A DNA stretch of 23,550 nucleotides from a virus. Taxonomy: Duplodnaviria; Heunggongvirae; Uroviricota; Caudoviricetes. A program made the position numbers and the translations under genes. The notes beneath the pieces are model-generated. The model was not told where the DNA came from and did not search any database. It was given only the letters and a program-made list of their open reading frames with translations. Location of the stretch: IMG/VR virus record IMGVR_UViG_2718218360_000001; one strand, given 5' to 3'. Shown one piece after another: positions 10,140 through 18,911 of the stretch (the first letter of the stretch is position 1; every line of letters begins with the position of its first letter).

Positions 10140-10725
10140 ATGTTGCAATGAATGGTTTATACCAAAATATCAAAATCAATATTGGTGTAATGAGATTTGT
10201 GGAACCAAGATAGCACTCGAACGACGAAGTAAAGAACGCGAAAAAGCGGAAAAGGCAGAAAAGGCAGCAGAGAAGAAACGACGACGAGAGGAGCAGAAAC
10301 AGAAAGATAAACTTAAGATTCAAAAACTCGCCTTAAAGCCCCGCAGTTACTGGATTAAACAAGCCCAACAAGCCGTACACGCCTTCATCAGAGAAAGAGA
10401 CCGCGACTTACCATGTATCTCGTGCGGAACGCTCACGTCTGCTCAGTGGGATGCCGGACATTACCGGACAACTGCTGCGGCACCTCAACTCCGATTTGAT
10501 GAACGCAATATTCACAAGCAATGCGTGGTGTGCAACCAGCACAAAAGCGGAAATCTCGTTCCGTATCGCGTCGAACTGATTAGCCGCATCGGGCAGGAAG
10601 CAGTAGAGGAAATCGAATCAAACCATAACCGCTATCGCTGGACTGTCGAAGAGTGCAGGGCCATCAAGGCGGAGTATCAACAGAAACTTAAAAAACTGCG
10701 AAACAGCAGAAGTGAGGTTGCATGA
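10114..10725 (+). CDS. ninG: NinG (Rap-like) recombination protein with a recoded N-terminus
   Basis: AAAGGAG then ATG 10114. From [19 protein letters not shown]... onward the protein closely follows lambda NinG as I recall it; the first ~25 residues ([29 protein letters not shown]) are divergent and AT-rich but keep the Cys pattern. Confidence 0.85.
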
Positions 10726-11387
10726 ATATCTACGAAAGAATTGATGGCAGCAAATACCGAAATATTTGGGTAGTTGGCGATCTGCACGGATGCTACACGA
10801 ACCTGATGAAAAAACTGGAGACGATAGGATTCGACACCAAAAAAGACCTGCTTATCTCGGTGGGCGATTTGGTTGATCGCGGTACAGAGAACGTAGAATG
10901 CCTGGAATTAATCACATTCCCCTGGTTCAGAGCTGTACGTGGAAACCATGAGCAAATGATGATTGATGGCTTATCAGAGCGTGGAAACGTCAATCACTGG
11001 CTGCTTAATGGCGGTGGCTGGTTCTTTAATCTCGATTACGACAAAGAAATTCTGGCTAAAGCTCTTGCCCATAAAGCAGATGAACTTCCGTTAATCATCG
11101 AACTGGTGAGTAAAGGAAAAAAATATGTCATCTGCCACGCCGATTATCCTTGTGATAAATACGAGTTTGGAAAGCCAGTTGATCATCAGCAGGTAATCTG
11201 GAACCGCGAACGAATCAGCAACTCACAAGACGGGATCGTGAAAGAAATCAAAGGCGCGGACACGTTCATCTTTGGTCATACGCCAGCAGTGAAACCACTC
11301 AAATTTGCCAACCAGATGTATATCGATACTGGCGCAGTGTTCTGCGGAAACCTCACATTGATTCAGGTACAGGGAGAAGGCGCATGA
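10722..11387 (+). CDS. Lambda-type Ser/Thr protein phosphatase (221 aa, metallophosphoesterase)
   Basis: GDLHG, GDLVDRG, GNHE motifs; near-identical in recalled sequence to the lambda phosphatase; ATGA overlap with ninG. Confidence 0.9.
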   Translation: MNIYERIDGSKYRNIWVVGDLHGCYTNLMKKLETIGFDTKKDLLISVGDLVDRGTENVECLELITFPWFRAVRGNHEQMMIDGLSERGNVNHWLLNGGGWFFNLDYDKEILAKALAHKADELPLIIELVSKGKKYVICHADYPCDKYEFGKPVDHQQVIWNRERISNSQDGIVKEIKGADTFIFGHTPAVKPLKFANQMYIDTGAVFCGNLTLIQVQGEGA

Positions 11388-12007
11388 GACTCGAAAGCGT
11401 AGCTAAATTTCATTCGCCAAAAAGCCCGATGATGAGCGACTCACCACGGGCCACGGCTTCTGACTCTCTTTCCGGTACTGATGTGATGGCTGCTATGGGG
11501 ATGGCGCAATCACAAGCCGGATTCGGAATGGCTGTATTCTGTGGTAAGCACGAACTCAGCCAGAACGACAAACAAAAGGCTATCAACTATCTGATGCAAT
11601 TTGCACACAAGGTATCGGGGAAATACCGTGGCGTGGCAAAGCTTGAAGGAAATACTAAGGCAAAGGTACTGCAAGTGCTCGCAACATTCGCTTATGCGGA
11701 TTATTGCCGTAGTGCCGCTACGCCGGGCGCAAGATGCAGAGATTGCCACGGTACAGGCCGTGCGGTTGATATAGCCAAAACAGAGCAGTGGGGGATAGTT
11801 GCTGAGAAAGAGTGCGGAAGATGTAAAGGCGTCGGTTATTCAAGAATGCCAGCAAGCGCCGCATATCGCGCTGTGACGATGCTAATCCCAAACCTTACCC
11901 AACCCACCTGGTCACGCACTGTTAAGCCGCTGTATGACGCTCTGGTTGTGCAATGCCACAAGGAAGAGTCAATCGCAGACAACATTTTGAATGCGATCAC
12001 ACGTTAG
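11384..12007 (+). CDS. Q: Late-gene antiterminator Q (lambda Q type)
   Basis: Translation [50 protein letters not shown]... matches lambda Q as I recall it, including the zinc-binding CRDCHG...CGRCKG. Confidence 0.9.
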   Translation: MRLESVAKFHSPKSPMMSDSPRATASDSLSGTDVMAAMGMAQSQAGFGMAVFCGKHELSQNDKQKAINYLMQFAHKVSGKYRGVAKLEGNTKAKVLQVLATFAYADYCRSAATPGARCRDCHGTGRAVDIAKTEQWGIVAEKECGRCKGVGYSRMPASAAYRAVTMLIPNLTQPTWSRTVKPLYDALVVQCHKEESIADNILNAITR

Positions 12008-12049
12008 CGCCATGATTGCCACGGATGGCAACATATTAACGGCATAATA

Positions 12050-12083
12050 TTGACTTTTTGAATAACTTTGGGGAAACTTGACA
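12050..12083 (+). promoter_or_regulatory. pR'-like late promoter and probable Q-utilisation region
   Basis: TTGACT (12050-12055), 17-bp spacer, GAAACT, then TTGACACCAATAATGGG; resembles lambda pR' (TTGACT...TAAATTTGACTCAACGATGGG) from memory and sits about 45 bp after the Q stop. Confidence 0.4.
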
Positions 12084-12244
12084 CCAATAATGGGCGTTTT
12101 TTACATGTCATTGATGAGTCTCAATAACCTGCCGCCGAGTAGTTTTTATGCTCTGAATTGTATTTGTGTAGTAAACATGCTGACTGCAATGTAATAGAGT
12201 TTTTTTAGCCTGTAACCTCTTGACGGCATTGAATTGCTTTTGTT

Positions 12245-13003
12245 ATGAGTTGTAAGCCAATGTTATCATCTTGTATTGGGGTGGTTATGAAGGATGGTGC
12301 GCTGCTCAGGAGTTCTTCACTTTTTATTGCCTACATGGGATGCCTTGGATGGGGGAGTGCTTATTTCTATGGATGGGGTACTTCTTTTTACTACGGCTTC
12401 CCATGGTGGATTGTAGGTGCAGGTGTTGATGATGTTGCCAGAAGTTTATTTTTTGCAGTTATCGTCATTGCTATATTTCTTATCGGTTGGGGTATTGGTG
12501 TTGTATTCTTTTTCGCAGTGAAAAGAAAACATTCTATGCAAGAGCTAAATGTATTTCGCCTTTATTTTGCTGTGGAATTATTGTTTGTGCCGGCAATTAT
12601 TGAGTTTTCTATATTGAGACAGAAGATTCAGGTACCTCTTTTGCTACTGTCAGCAGCGATTGCGCTGGCGGTCACAATTTCGATAAGATCTTATGGGCGA
12701 TTTTTATCGGTATCATGCTTCTATGATAAGCCATTTATAAAAAAACATTTTTTTGAGATTGTGATGATTGCTTTTGTGGCATATTTCTGGCTTTTTTCAT
12801 TTCTGACAGGATATTACAAACCGCAGTTTAAGAAAGAATATGAAATGATTAATTATAATGATGGTTGGTATTATGTTCTTGCTCGTTATGATAATTGTCT
12901 GGTTTTGTCTACTTCTTTCAATGCAGGTAGTAAAAGGTTTGTGATTTATCAATCAGCACAAGATAAGAATCTTCAGGTTGATATTGTAAGGACCAGAATT
13001 TAA
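12245..13003 (+). CDS. Hypothetical polytopic membrane protein (about 5 predicted TM segments plus a C-terminal soluble domain); late-operon moron
   Basis: AT-rich ORF between Q/pR' and the esterase gene. Hydrophobic stretches WWIVGAGV..., LFFAVIVIAIFLIGWGIGVVFFFAV, FAVELLFVPAIIEF, VPLLLLSAAIALAVTISI, FFEIVMIAFVAYFWLFSFLTGYY. No family recognised. Start codon uncertain (12245, 12260 or 12287). Confidence 0.6.
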   Translation: MSCKPMLSSCIGVVMKDGALLRSSSLFIAYMGCLGWGSAYFYGWGTSFYYGFPWWIVGAGVDDVARSLFFAVIVIAIFLIGWGIGVVFFFAVKRKHSMQELNVFRLYFAVELLFVPAIIEFSILRQKIQVPLLLLSAAIALAVTISIRSYGRFLSVSCFYDKPFIKKHFFEIVMIAFVAYFWLFSFLTGYYKPQFKKEYEMINYNDGWYYVLARYDNCLVLSTSFNAGSKRFVIYQSAQDKNLQVDIVRTRI

Positions 13004-13422
13004 TTGGCTGCATAAATAATATTTTAAGTTGCAAGTTGGCTATTCGTAGGAATAGAACCTTAGGCATGCTGAATGCGTTTTCTGAACATTGTTTTATAAA
13101 CTGTGTCTGCTTGCTGTTGTGATCCTGCTTTTAGTGATGGTGATGATGGATTTCACCAGCAGGATAATGTTGGTACTGACTGATGGCGCTCTGGTCTGCG
13201 GCATTGTGGTATTGCTGTGGCCGGTGATAAAAAGAAACAGCCTGCATAATGCTTGATTTTTTTGTTTACTGTTTATTAAAAATACTACTGCATGGTGAAT
13301 CCCCCTGTGCGGAGGGGCAATCAGCAACCAGGTATATGTGATAATCGCGGATTCAGGTGCTGATACTGAATTCACCGGGAGGCACCCGGCACCATGCAAG
13401 AAAAAGAATGTGCATGCAAACA

Positions 13423-13448
13423 TGCCCCTCTCCGGAGGGGCATTTTTT
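13423..13448 (+). terminator. Rho-independent terminator (stem TGCCCCTC/GAGGGGCA, loop TCCG, then TTTTTT)
   Basis: Read directly; a second hairpin CCCCT-GTGCGG-AGGGG lies at about 13305-13320, and a minus-oriented hairpin TGCCCGAA/TTCGGGCA at about 13461-13480. Confidence 0.5.
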
Positions 13449-13574
13449 ATGGGTAAAAAATGCCCGAATGGGTTCGGGCAATAGCATGAGATACTGATAT
13501 TGTTGTGTTGTTATCGTGTGGATTTTAACCAGGGTTTATCAGGCTGCGCAACTGCGTGGTCTTTTTTCATTTCT

Positions 13575-13621
13575 TGGGCTGTAGTCCCCGTGTGTCATTC
13601 AGGCTTCCGGACTACAGCCCA
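13575..13621 (+). repeat. 13-bp perfect inverted repeat (TGGGCTGTAGTCC ... GGACTACAGCCCA) with 21-bp spacer, 42 bp upstream of the esterase start
   Basis: Read directly; arms at 13575-13587 and 13609-13621. Confidence 0.6.
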
Positions 13622-13663
13622 CTCCATATCTGATTTAATACACTATCCCGGCCGGGAGGAATA

Positions 13664-15517
13664 ATGACATTTAAACATTATGATGTTGTCAGGGCGGCGT
13701 CGCCGTCAGACCTTGCGGAAAAGCTGACACACAAACTGAAAGAGGGCTGGCAGCCGTTTGGTAGTCCGGTGGCCATAACCCCTTATACCCTGATGCAGGT
13801 GATTACAGCAGAAGGTGATGTGGTGGTCAGTGGTGCAACTGAGCCGGATTGGTACTACGTCATCGTACTGGCCGGGCAGTCCAATGCCATGGCTTACGGT
13901 GAAGGGCTTCCGCTGCCGGATTCATACGATGCTCCGGATCCGCGCATTAAACAGCTGGCGCGCCGCAGTACAGTTACGCCGGGTGGGGCTGCCTGCAGAT
14001 ATAACGATATTATTCCGGCCGACCACTGCCTGCATGATGTGCAGGATATGAGTACGCTGAATCATCCGAAGGCAGACCTGAGCAAAGGGCAGTACGGCTG
14101 TGTCGGCCAGGGCTTACATATTGCCAAAAAACTGCTTCCGTATATCCCGAATAACGCGGGGATCCTGCTGGTACCATGCTGTCGTGGTGGTTCGGCATTC
14201 ACCCAGGGCGCGGAGGGGACATTCAGTGCGGACGCGGGGGCCAGCCAGGATTCGGCGCGCTGGGGTGTGGGTAAACCGTTATATCAGGACCTGATTGCGC
14301 GCACTAAAGCTGCATTACAGAAGAACCCGAAAAATGTGTTGCTGGCGGTGTGCTGGATGCAGGGAGAGTTTGACATGAGCGCCGCCACCCACGCACAGCA
14401 ACCTGCGCTGTTTACAGCCATGCTGGCACAGTTTCGTGCTGACCTCTCCGTGTTTAACGCGCAGTGCCATGGTGGCAGTGCTGCAGATGTGCCGTGGATT
14501 TGTGGTGACACGACGTATTACTGGAAAAATACCTACGGCACCCAGTACAACACCATTTACGGGGCGTACAAAAACAGGGAGAGTGAGGGCGTTTATTTTG
14601 TGCCCTTCATGACAGACGGTAACGGCGTCAATACCGCCACTAACGCGCCGGCAGAAGATCCGGATATTCCGGCATCAGGATATTACGGTGCGGCATCGAG
14701 AACGAATGGAAACCAGGTATCATCAAACCGCCCGACACATTTCAGTTCATGGGCGCGCAGGAGCATTATTCCGGATCGTATGGCAACCGCTATTCTGAAC
14801 GCAGCCGGGCGCACCTCAGCCTTCATCAGTGGTAAGGCACCGGAAATCAAACCCTCGCCCGGCGGCAACACGCCATCGGGTCCGTCTGCAGATACGTCCG
14901 TTCGCACAATCTCCCTGCTGCCGGCAGCCGGAGAGGCTGCTGCGCAGGGCTGGAGCATTAAGGATGGCGGAATTCAGTTGTCAGATGGTGTATTTAAGAT
15001 CACCAGGCAGAGCAATAAAACCTGGTCCCTGACGCATCCGGTGGATGACGCAATTACCCTGCTGACACAGGGCGGCAGACTGACCTGTAAGTTCCGCCTG
15101 TCAGGCGCACTGACCAACAATCAGTTCGGGCTGGGGATTTATCTGTATACGGATGCTCCCGTTCCTGATGGTGTGGCGATGACGGGTACCGGTAATCCGT
15201 TCCTGATGTCGTACTTCACTCAGACCACTGACGGCAGAGTGAATCTGATGCATCACAGGAAAGCCGGAAACACGAAGCTGGGGGAGTTCGGCGATTACGG
15301 TAACGACTGGCAGACGCTGGAGCTGGTGTTCACCGCCGGCAGTGCCACGGTTACTCCGAAACTGAATGGAGTGGCTGGCCCGGCATTCCAGGTTATAAAA
15401 GACAGTATGACACTGGGACTGAATGCGCTGACGCTGACGGATGTTACAAAAAATGCAGCGTATGGCGTTGAGATAGAAAGTCTGGTGCTGGAGATAAATG
15501 CACCGGCATCATCATAA
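13664..15517 (+). CDS. Prophage-encoded sialate O-acetylesterase of the NanS-p type (N-terminal DUF1737-like region, SGNH/SASA esterase, C-terminal extension)
   Basis: GGGAGG then ATG. N-terminus [33 protein letters not shown]; esterase motif [14 protein letters not shown]; 617 aa; position between Q and the lysis genes as in Stx-type lambdoid phages. Confidence 0.8.
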   Translation: MTFKHYDVVRAASPSDLAEKLTHKLKEGWQPFGSPVAITPYTLMQVITAEGDVVVSGATEPDWYYVIVLAGQSNAMAYGEGLPLPDSYDAPDPRIKQLARRSTVTPGGAACRYNDIIPADHCLHDVQDMSTLNHPKADLSKGQYGCVGQGLHIAKKLLPYIPNNAGILLVPCCRGGSAFTQGAEGTFSADAGASQDSARWGVGKPLYQDLIARTKAALQKNPKNVLLAVCWMQGEFDMSAATHAQQPALFTAMLAQFRADLSVFNAQCHGGSAADVPWICGDTTYYWKNTYGTQYNTIYGAYKNRESEGVYFVPFMTDGNGVNTATNAPAEDPDIPASGYYGAASRTNGNQVSSNRPTHFSSWARRSIIPDRMATAILNAAGRTSAFISGKAPEIKPSPGGNTPSGPSADTSVRTISLLPAAGEAAAQGWSIKDGGIQLSDGVFKITRQSNKTWSLTHPVDDAITLLTQGGRLTCKFRLSGALTNNQFGLGIYLYTDAPVPDGVAMTGTGNPFLMSYFTQTTDGRVNLMHHRKAGNTKLGEFGDYGNDWQTLELVFTAGSATVTPKLNGVAGPAFQVIKDSMTLGLNALTLTDVTKNAAYGVEIESLVLEINAPASS

Positions 15518-15601
15518 AAAGTGAGCCAGTCAAATGGAAGGTATCGTTAAACTCACCGGTAGTGTCAGTGGGTCGTCTGAGACGCCTGCATGAGTTATCA
15601 G

Positions 15602-15633
15602 AGCCATCAGTAGTTAACTGGTGGCTTTTTTAT
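15602..15633 (+). terminator. Putative rho-independent terminator after the esterase gene
   Basis: Stem AGCCATCAG/CTGGTGGCT (one G-U wobble), followed by TTTTTTATT. Confidence 0.45.
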
Positions 15634-15666
15634 TGTTGTCAGCTTCCGGATAACGGGAGACGGGGT

Positions 15667-15882
15667 ATGTACCAGATGGAAAAAATCACAACGGGTGTGT
15701 CATACACCACGTCAGCGGTGGGGACGGGATACTGGTTACTGCAGCTGCTGGACAAAGTCTCTCCGTCCCAGTGGGTGGCGATAGGCGTGCTGGGGAGTCT
15801 GCTGTTTGGGCTGCTGACATATCTGACGAACCTGTATTTCAAGATTAAAGAAGACCGGCGTAAGGCGGCGCGGGGAGAGTAA
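15667..15882 (+). CDS. Class II holin / pinholin of the phage 21 S type, with dual-start motif MYQM
   Basis: [71 protein letters not shown] closely resembles S21 from memory; two Met codons three residues apart. Confidence 0.8.
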   Translation: MYQMEKITTGVSYTTSAVGTGYWLLQLLDKVSPSQWVAIGVLGSLLFGLLTYLTNLYFKIKEDRRKAARGE

Positions 15883-15883
15883 A

Positions 15884-16231
15884 GTGATGAAGAAAAAATA
15901 CGAACTGGTTGTTAAAGGGATAAATAATTACCCGGATAAGATTACTGTTACTGTGGCACTGGAAATTGGTGGGTATCCGTCACTGTTGTTGCCAGATGTG
16001 GCGATTAGTCTTGACCGTACTGAAGGTGCCACGCTGGAGTTTTACGAAGCTGAGGCGAAAAAGCAGGCGAAGCAGTTTTTCATGGATGTTGCTGCCGGGT
16101 TATGTGAAGGGGATGGTCCGTTACCGGAAAAGCGTCCCGTAATTTTAGAGGCGCAGGATGTGTTGATAACCTACAGAGGAAAACTACCGGGAATAATTAC
16201 GGGTTCTCTGAAGACTCCACCGCTGGCCTGA
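15884..16231 (+). CDS. Hypothetical protein between holin and endolysin (possibly YdfR/DUF1327-like)
   Basis: Tightly coupled to the holin stop (GTG 15884 / ATG 15887). Family assignment is from gene position only; sequence not positively recognised. Confidence 0.5.
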   Translation: MMKKKYELVVKGINNYPDKITVTVALEIGGYPSLLLPDVAISLDRTEGATLEFYEAEAKKQAKQFFMDVAAGLCEGDGPLPEKRPVILEAQDVLITYRGKLPGIITGSLKTPPLA

Positions 16232-16281
16232 AGACTTAACATATCCAGGGATTTGAAATCGATAAACCCTGATAAATATCC

Positions 16282-16495
16282 ATGAACGCAAAAATCAGAT
16301 ACGGCCTGTCGGCTGCCGTTCTGGCGCTGATTGGTGCAGGGGCGTCTGCGCCTGAAATCCTCGACCAGTTTCTGGATGAAAAGGAAGGTAACCACACCAC
16401 AGCATACCGTGATGGTGCGGGTATCTGGACCATCTGCCGTGGAGCCACCCGGGTGGATGGTAAGCCTGTGATTCCTGGCATGAAGCTGTCGAAGG
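16282..16495 (+). pseudogene. SAR endolysin (phage lysozyme), truncated after about 71 codons by an IS66-family insertion
   Basis: N-terminal Gly/Ala-rich SAR segment (LSAAVLALIGAGASA) and catalytic region EGNHTTAYRDGAGIWTICRG. The reading frame runs into the IS terminus GTAAGCG at 16496 and stops at 16512. Confidence 0.7.
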
Positions 16496-16587
16496 GTAAG
16501 CGTACAGCCTGAACCGTCTGGTCAGAATCTGACGAATTAGACAAAGTGGTGTCCACCAAATAAGTAGTGGGAACCAAAGTATCAGAT

Positions 16588-16968
16588 ATGCAGAAAAATG
16601 TGACTCCCGGCAGGCGAAAAGGCTGCCCTAATTATCCTCCCGAATTTAAACAGCAGCTCGTTGCTGCCTCCTGTGAACCCGGGATATCCATCTCAAAACT
16701 TGCTCTTGAAAATGGCATTAACGCCAATCTGTTGTTCAAATGGCGACAACAATGGCGCGAGGGAAAGCTGCTATTACCTTCTTCAGAGAGCCCCCAGCTA
16801 CTTCCTGTGACTCTCGATGCAGCTGCCGAACAGCCAGAATCGCTCGCAGAGGACCCGGAAACCCTCAGTATCAGCTGTGAGGTAACGTTCCGGCACGGGA
16901 CGCTCCGCTTCAATGGCAATGTCAGCGAAAAGCTCCTGACTCTGCTGATACAGGAACTGAAGCGATGA
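16588..16968 (+). CDS. IS66-family accessory protein (Orf1/TnpA-like)
   Basis: MQKNVTPGRRKGCPNYPPEFKQQLVAASCEPGISISKLALENGINANLLFKWRQQWREG... typical IS66 orf1. Confidence 0.8.
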   Translation: MQKNVTPGRRKGCPNYPPEFKQQLVAASCEPGISISKLALENGINANLLFKWRQQWREGKLLLPSSESPQLLPVTLDAAAEQPESLAEDPETLSISCEVTFRHGTLRFNGNVSEKLLTLLIQELKR

Positions 16969-17312
16969 TCCCGTTACCTTCCGGGACCAAAATTTGGCTG
17001 GTTGCCGGTATCACCGATATGAGAAATGGCTTCAACGGCCTGGCTGCGAAAGTACAAACGGCGCTGAAAGACGATCCCATGTCCGGCCATGTTTTCATTT
17101 TCCGGGGCCGCAGCGGCAGTCAGGTTAAACTGCTGTGGTCCACCGGTGACGGACTGTGCCTCCTGACCAAACGGCTGGAGCGTGGGCGCTTCGCCTGGCC
17201 GTCAGCCCGTGATGGCAAAGTGTTCCTTACGCAGGCGCAGCTGGCGATGCTGCTGGAAGGTATCGACTGGCGACAGCCTAAGCGGCTGCTGACCTCCCTG
17301 ACCATGCTGTAA
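16965..17312 (+). CDS. IS66-family Orf2 (TnpB-like)
   Basis: MIPLPSGTKIWLVAGITDMRNGFNGLAAKVQ...; ATGA overlap with orf1. Confidence 0.85.
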   Translation: MIPLPSGTKIWLVAGITDMRNGFNGLAAKVQTALKDDPMSGHVFIFRGRSGSQVKLLWSTGDGLCLLTKRLERGRFAWPSARDGKVFLTQAQLAMLLEGIDWRQPKRLLTSLTML

Positions 17313-17361
17313 ATCTCTTTATCCTGGTTGTCACAGAATAAGCCCGGTAAAATACGGGCTT

Positions 17362-17928
17362 ATGAACGACATCTCTTCTGACGACATCTTCCTGCTGAAA
17401 CAGCGCCTGGCCGAACAGGAAGCGCTGATCCACGCCCTGCAGGAAAAGCTGAGCAACCGGGAGCGCGAAATAGACCATCTGCAGGCGCAGCTGGATAAAC
17501 TCCGCCGGATGAACTTCGGCAGTCGTTCCGAAAAAGTCTCCCGCCGTATCGCACAAATGGAAGCCGATCTGAACCGGCTTCAGAAAGAGAGCGATACGCT
17601 GACTGGTAGGGTGTATGACCCGGCAGTACAGCGTCCGTTGCGTCAGACCCGCACCCGTAAGCCGTTCCCTGAATCACTACCCCGTGACGAAAAGCGACTG
17701 TTGCCTGCGGCGCCGTGCTGCCCGAACTGCGGCGGTTCACTGAGCTATCTGGGCGAGGATACCGCCGATGGCGCACTCATCACCGGACTGACCTTTCTTG
17801 CCCCCAAAGATGCCACACGGGTTCAGGGTTTTTTTCAGCATTTGCAGGTCAGGTTTGGTGACGGGCCGTGGCAGGATGTTAAGGGGCTGGATGAAGTGGG
17901 CAGTGATACAGGCAGAACAGGAGAATGA
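17362..17928 (+). pseudogene. IS66-family transposase, N-terminal fragment only
   Basis: N-terminal leucine-zipper and CxxC zinc-finger region (CCPNCGGSLSYLGED) present; the DDE catalytic core is absent and the C-terminal about 55 residues are unrelated read-through. Confidence 0.7.
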
Positions 17929-17929
17929 C

Positions 17930-18199
17930 ATGAATATACTAAAAAAACTTATGCAGCGTCTGTGCGGTTGCGGAAAGCATGATGACCGTGAACACGGGGA
18001 GTTACTTACAGCACAGCTGCGACTGGGGCCGGCAGACATCCTGGAGTCAGATGAGAATGGCATTATCCCGGAGCAGGCCAGGGTAATCACGCAGGTGGTG
18101 ATACTGGATGCGGATAAAAAGCAGATACAGTGCGTGGTAAGACCGCTGCAAATCCTGCGTGCTGACGGGACGTGGGAAAATATTGGCGGGATGAAGTAA
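17930..18199 (+). CDS. Hypothetical 89-aa protein
   Basis: AGGAGA then ATG 17930; followed by a terminator. Not recognised. Confidence 0.4.
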   Translation: MNILKKLMQRLCGCGKHDDREHGELLTAQLRLGPADILESDENGIIPEQARVITQVVILDADKKQIQCVVRPLQILRADGTWENIGGMK

Positions 18200-18214
18200 C
18201 CCGACAGCTTCACA

Positions 18215-18240
18215 AAACCGGAGTCCGGCTCCGGTTTTTG
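18215..18240 (+). terminator. Rho-independent terminator (stem AACCGGAG/CTCCGGTT, then TTTTTG)
   Basis: Read directly, immediately after the 17930-18199 ORF. Confidence 0.55.
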
Positions 18241-18302
18241 TTGTCATGTACGGTGGATGTTTGTTATGACTCCCTGTGTTTGGAATGAATATTTAATAAC
18301 AG

Positions 18303-18782
18303 GTGTCTGGAAATATAGGGGCAAATCTACTGGATAGGCTATTGGGGCGTGAGAATCGAATGGAGAGAAGGGCTGTGGCTCTGGAAAGGCAATTAAATGG
18401 AGGTGTCGATTTTTTAAGGAGTGTTAATAACTATTTTCAGAGTGTCATGGCAGAACACAGAGAAAATAAAACAAGTAATAAAATATTAATGGAAAAAATA
18501 AATTCCTGTGTATTTGGAACGGATTCTAATCACTTTTCTTGCCCGGAGTCATTTTTGACATGCCCGATAACGCTGGACACACCTGCGAATGGAGTGTTCA
18601 TGAGAAACTCACAAGGTGCTGAGATATGCTCTCTATATGATAAGGACACGTTAGTGCAACTTGTTGAAACTGGTGGAGCTCATCCTCTGAGTCGAGAACC
18701 TATAACAGAATCAATGATTATGAGAAAAGACGAATGTCACTTTGATTCAAAAAAAGAATCCTTTGTTGCAAGTGATGCTTAA
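18303..18782 (+). pseudogene. nleG: NleG-family U-box E3 ligase effector, 5'-truncated (lacks about 60-75 N-terminal residues and an ATG)
   Basis: Shares with the full-length copy at 20049-20699 the motifs RQLNGG, CPITL, ICSLYD and HPLSREP; the ORF opens with a GTG and has no N-terminal secretion region. Confidence 0.6.
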
Positions 18783-18841
18783 TTTTTTTTGTTGGTGTGT
18801 TTTTATATTAATAGTTTATTATAATAGTGCCATGTAAGGAT

Positions 18842-18877
18842 ATATTGTCTGAACAATTATTCAGACAATATTTTTTT
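18842..18877 (+). terminator. Strong rho-independent terminator (12-bp perfect stem ATATTGTCTGAA/TTCAGACAATAT, loop CAATTA, T7 run) between convergent genes
   Basis: Read directly. Confidence 0.55.
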
Positions 18878-18911
18878 CTTGCTTTATATGAAATATATAA
18901 TATTTGGATCC

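Larger units (their letters stand above)
16496..17760 (+). mobile_element. IS66-family element, 3'-truncated (right breakpoint approximate, 17760-17930)
   Basis: Starts with GTAAGCG. Carries the three-gene IS66 layout (small orf, tnpB-like, transposase). The transposase ORF is only 188 aa and its tail loses similarity to IS66 transposases after about residue 133, by recollection. Confidence 0.7.

Noticed and set aside
10793-11749. Minus-strand ORFs 10793-10993 and 11510-11749 within the phosphatase and Q genes
   Set aside because: Antisense to well-recognised lambda-type genes; no support.
12008-13660. stx genes or phage tRNA genes (ileZ/argN/argO-like) in the Q-to-esterase interval
   Set aside because: Specifically looked for because of the Stx-phage-like backbone. 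The only sizeable ORF is the membrane protein, with no Stx A or B subunit-like translation and no tRNA-like sequence seen. tRNA absence is by eye only and should be confirmed with tRNAscan.
13815-15032. Several 60-90 aa ORFs on both strands inside the esterase gene (for example 13815-14051, 14010-14198, 14284-14511, 14683-14958, 14829-15032)
   Set aside because: They are embedded in or antisense to a long, well-supported CDS in GC-rich sequence where spurious ORFs are expected; none has start signals.
17120-18247. Minus-strand ORFs overlapping the IS66-family genes and the orphan ORF (17120-17305, 17278-17556, 17360-17776, 17737-18213, 18047-18247)
   Set aside because: Antisense to recognisable IS66 genes; Arg/Ser/Pro-rich translations typical of GC-rich antisense frames.
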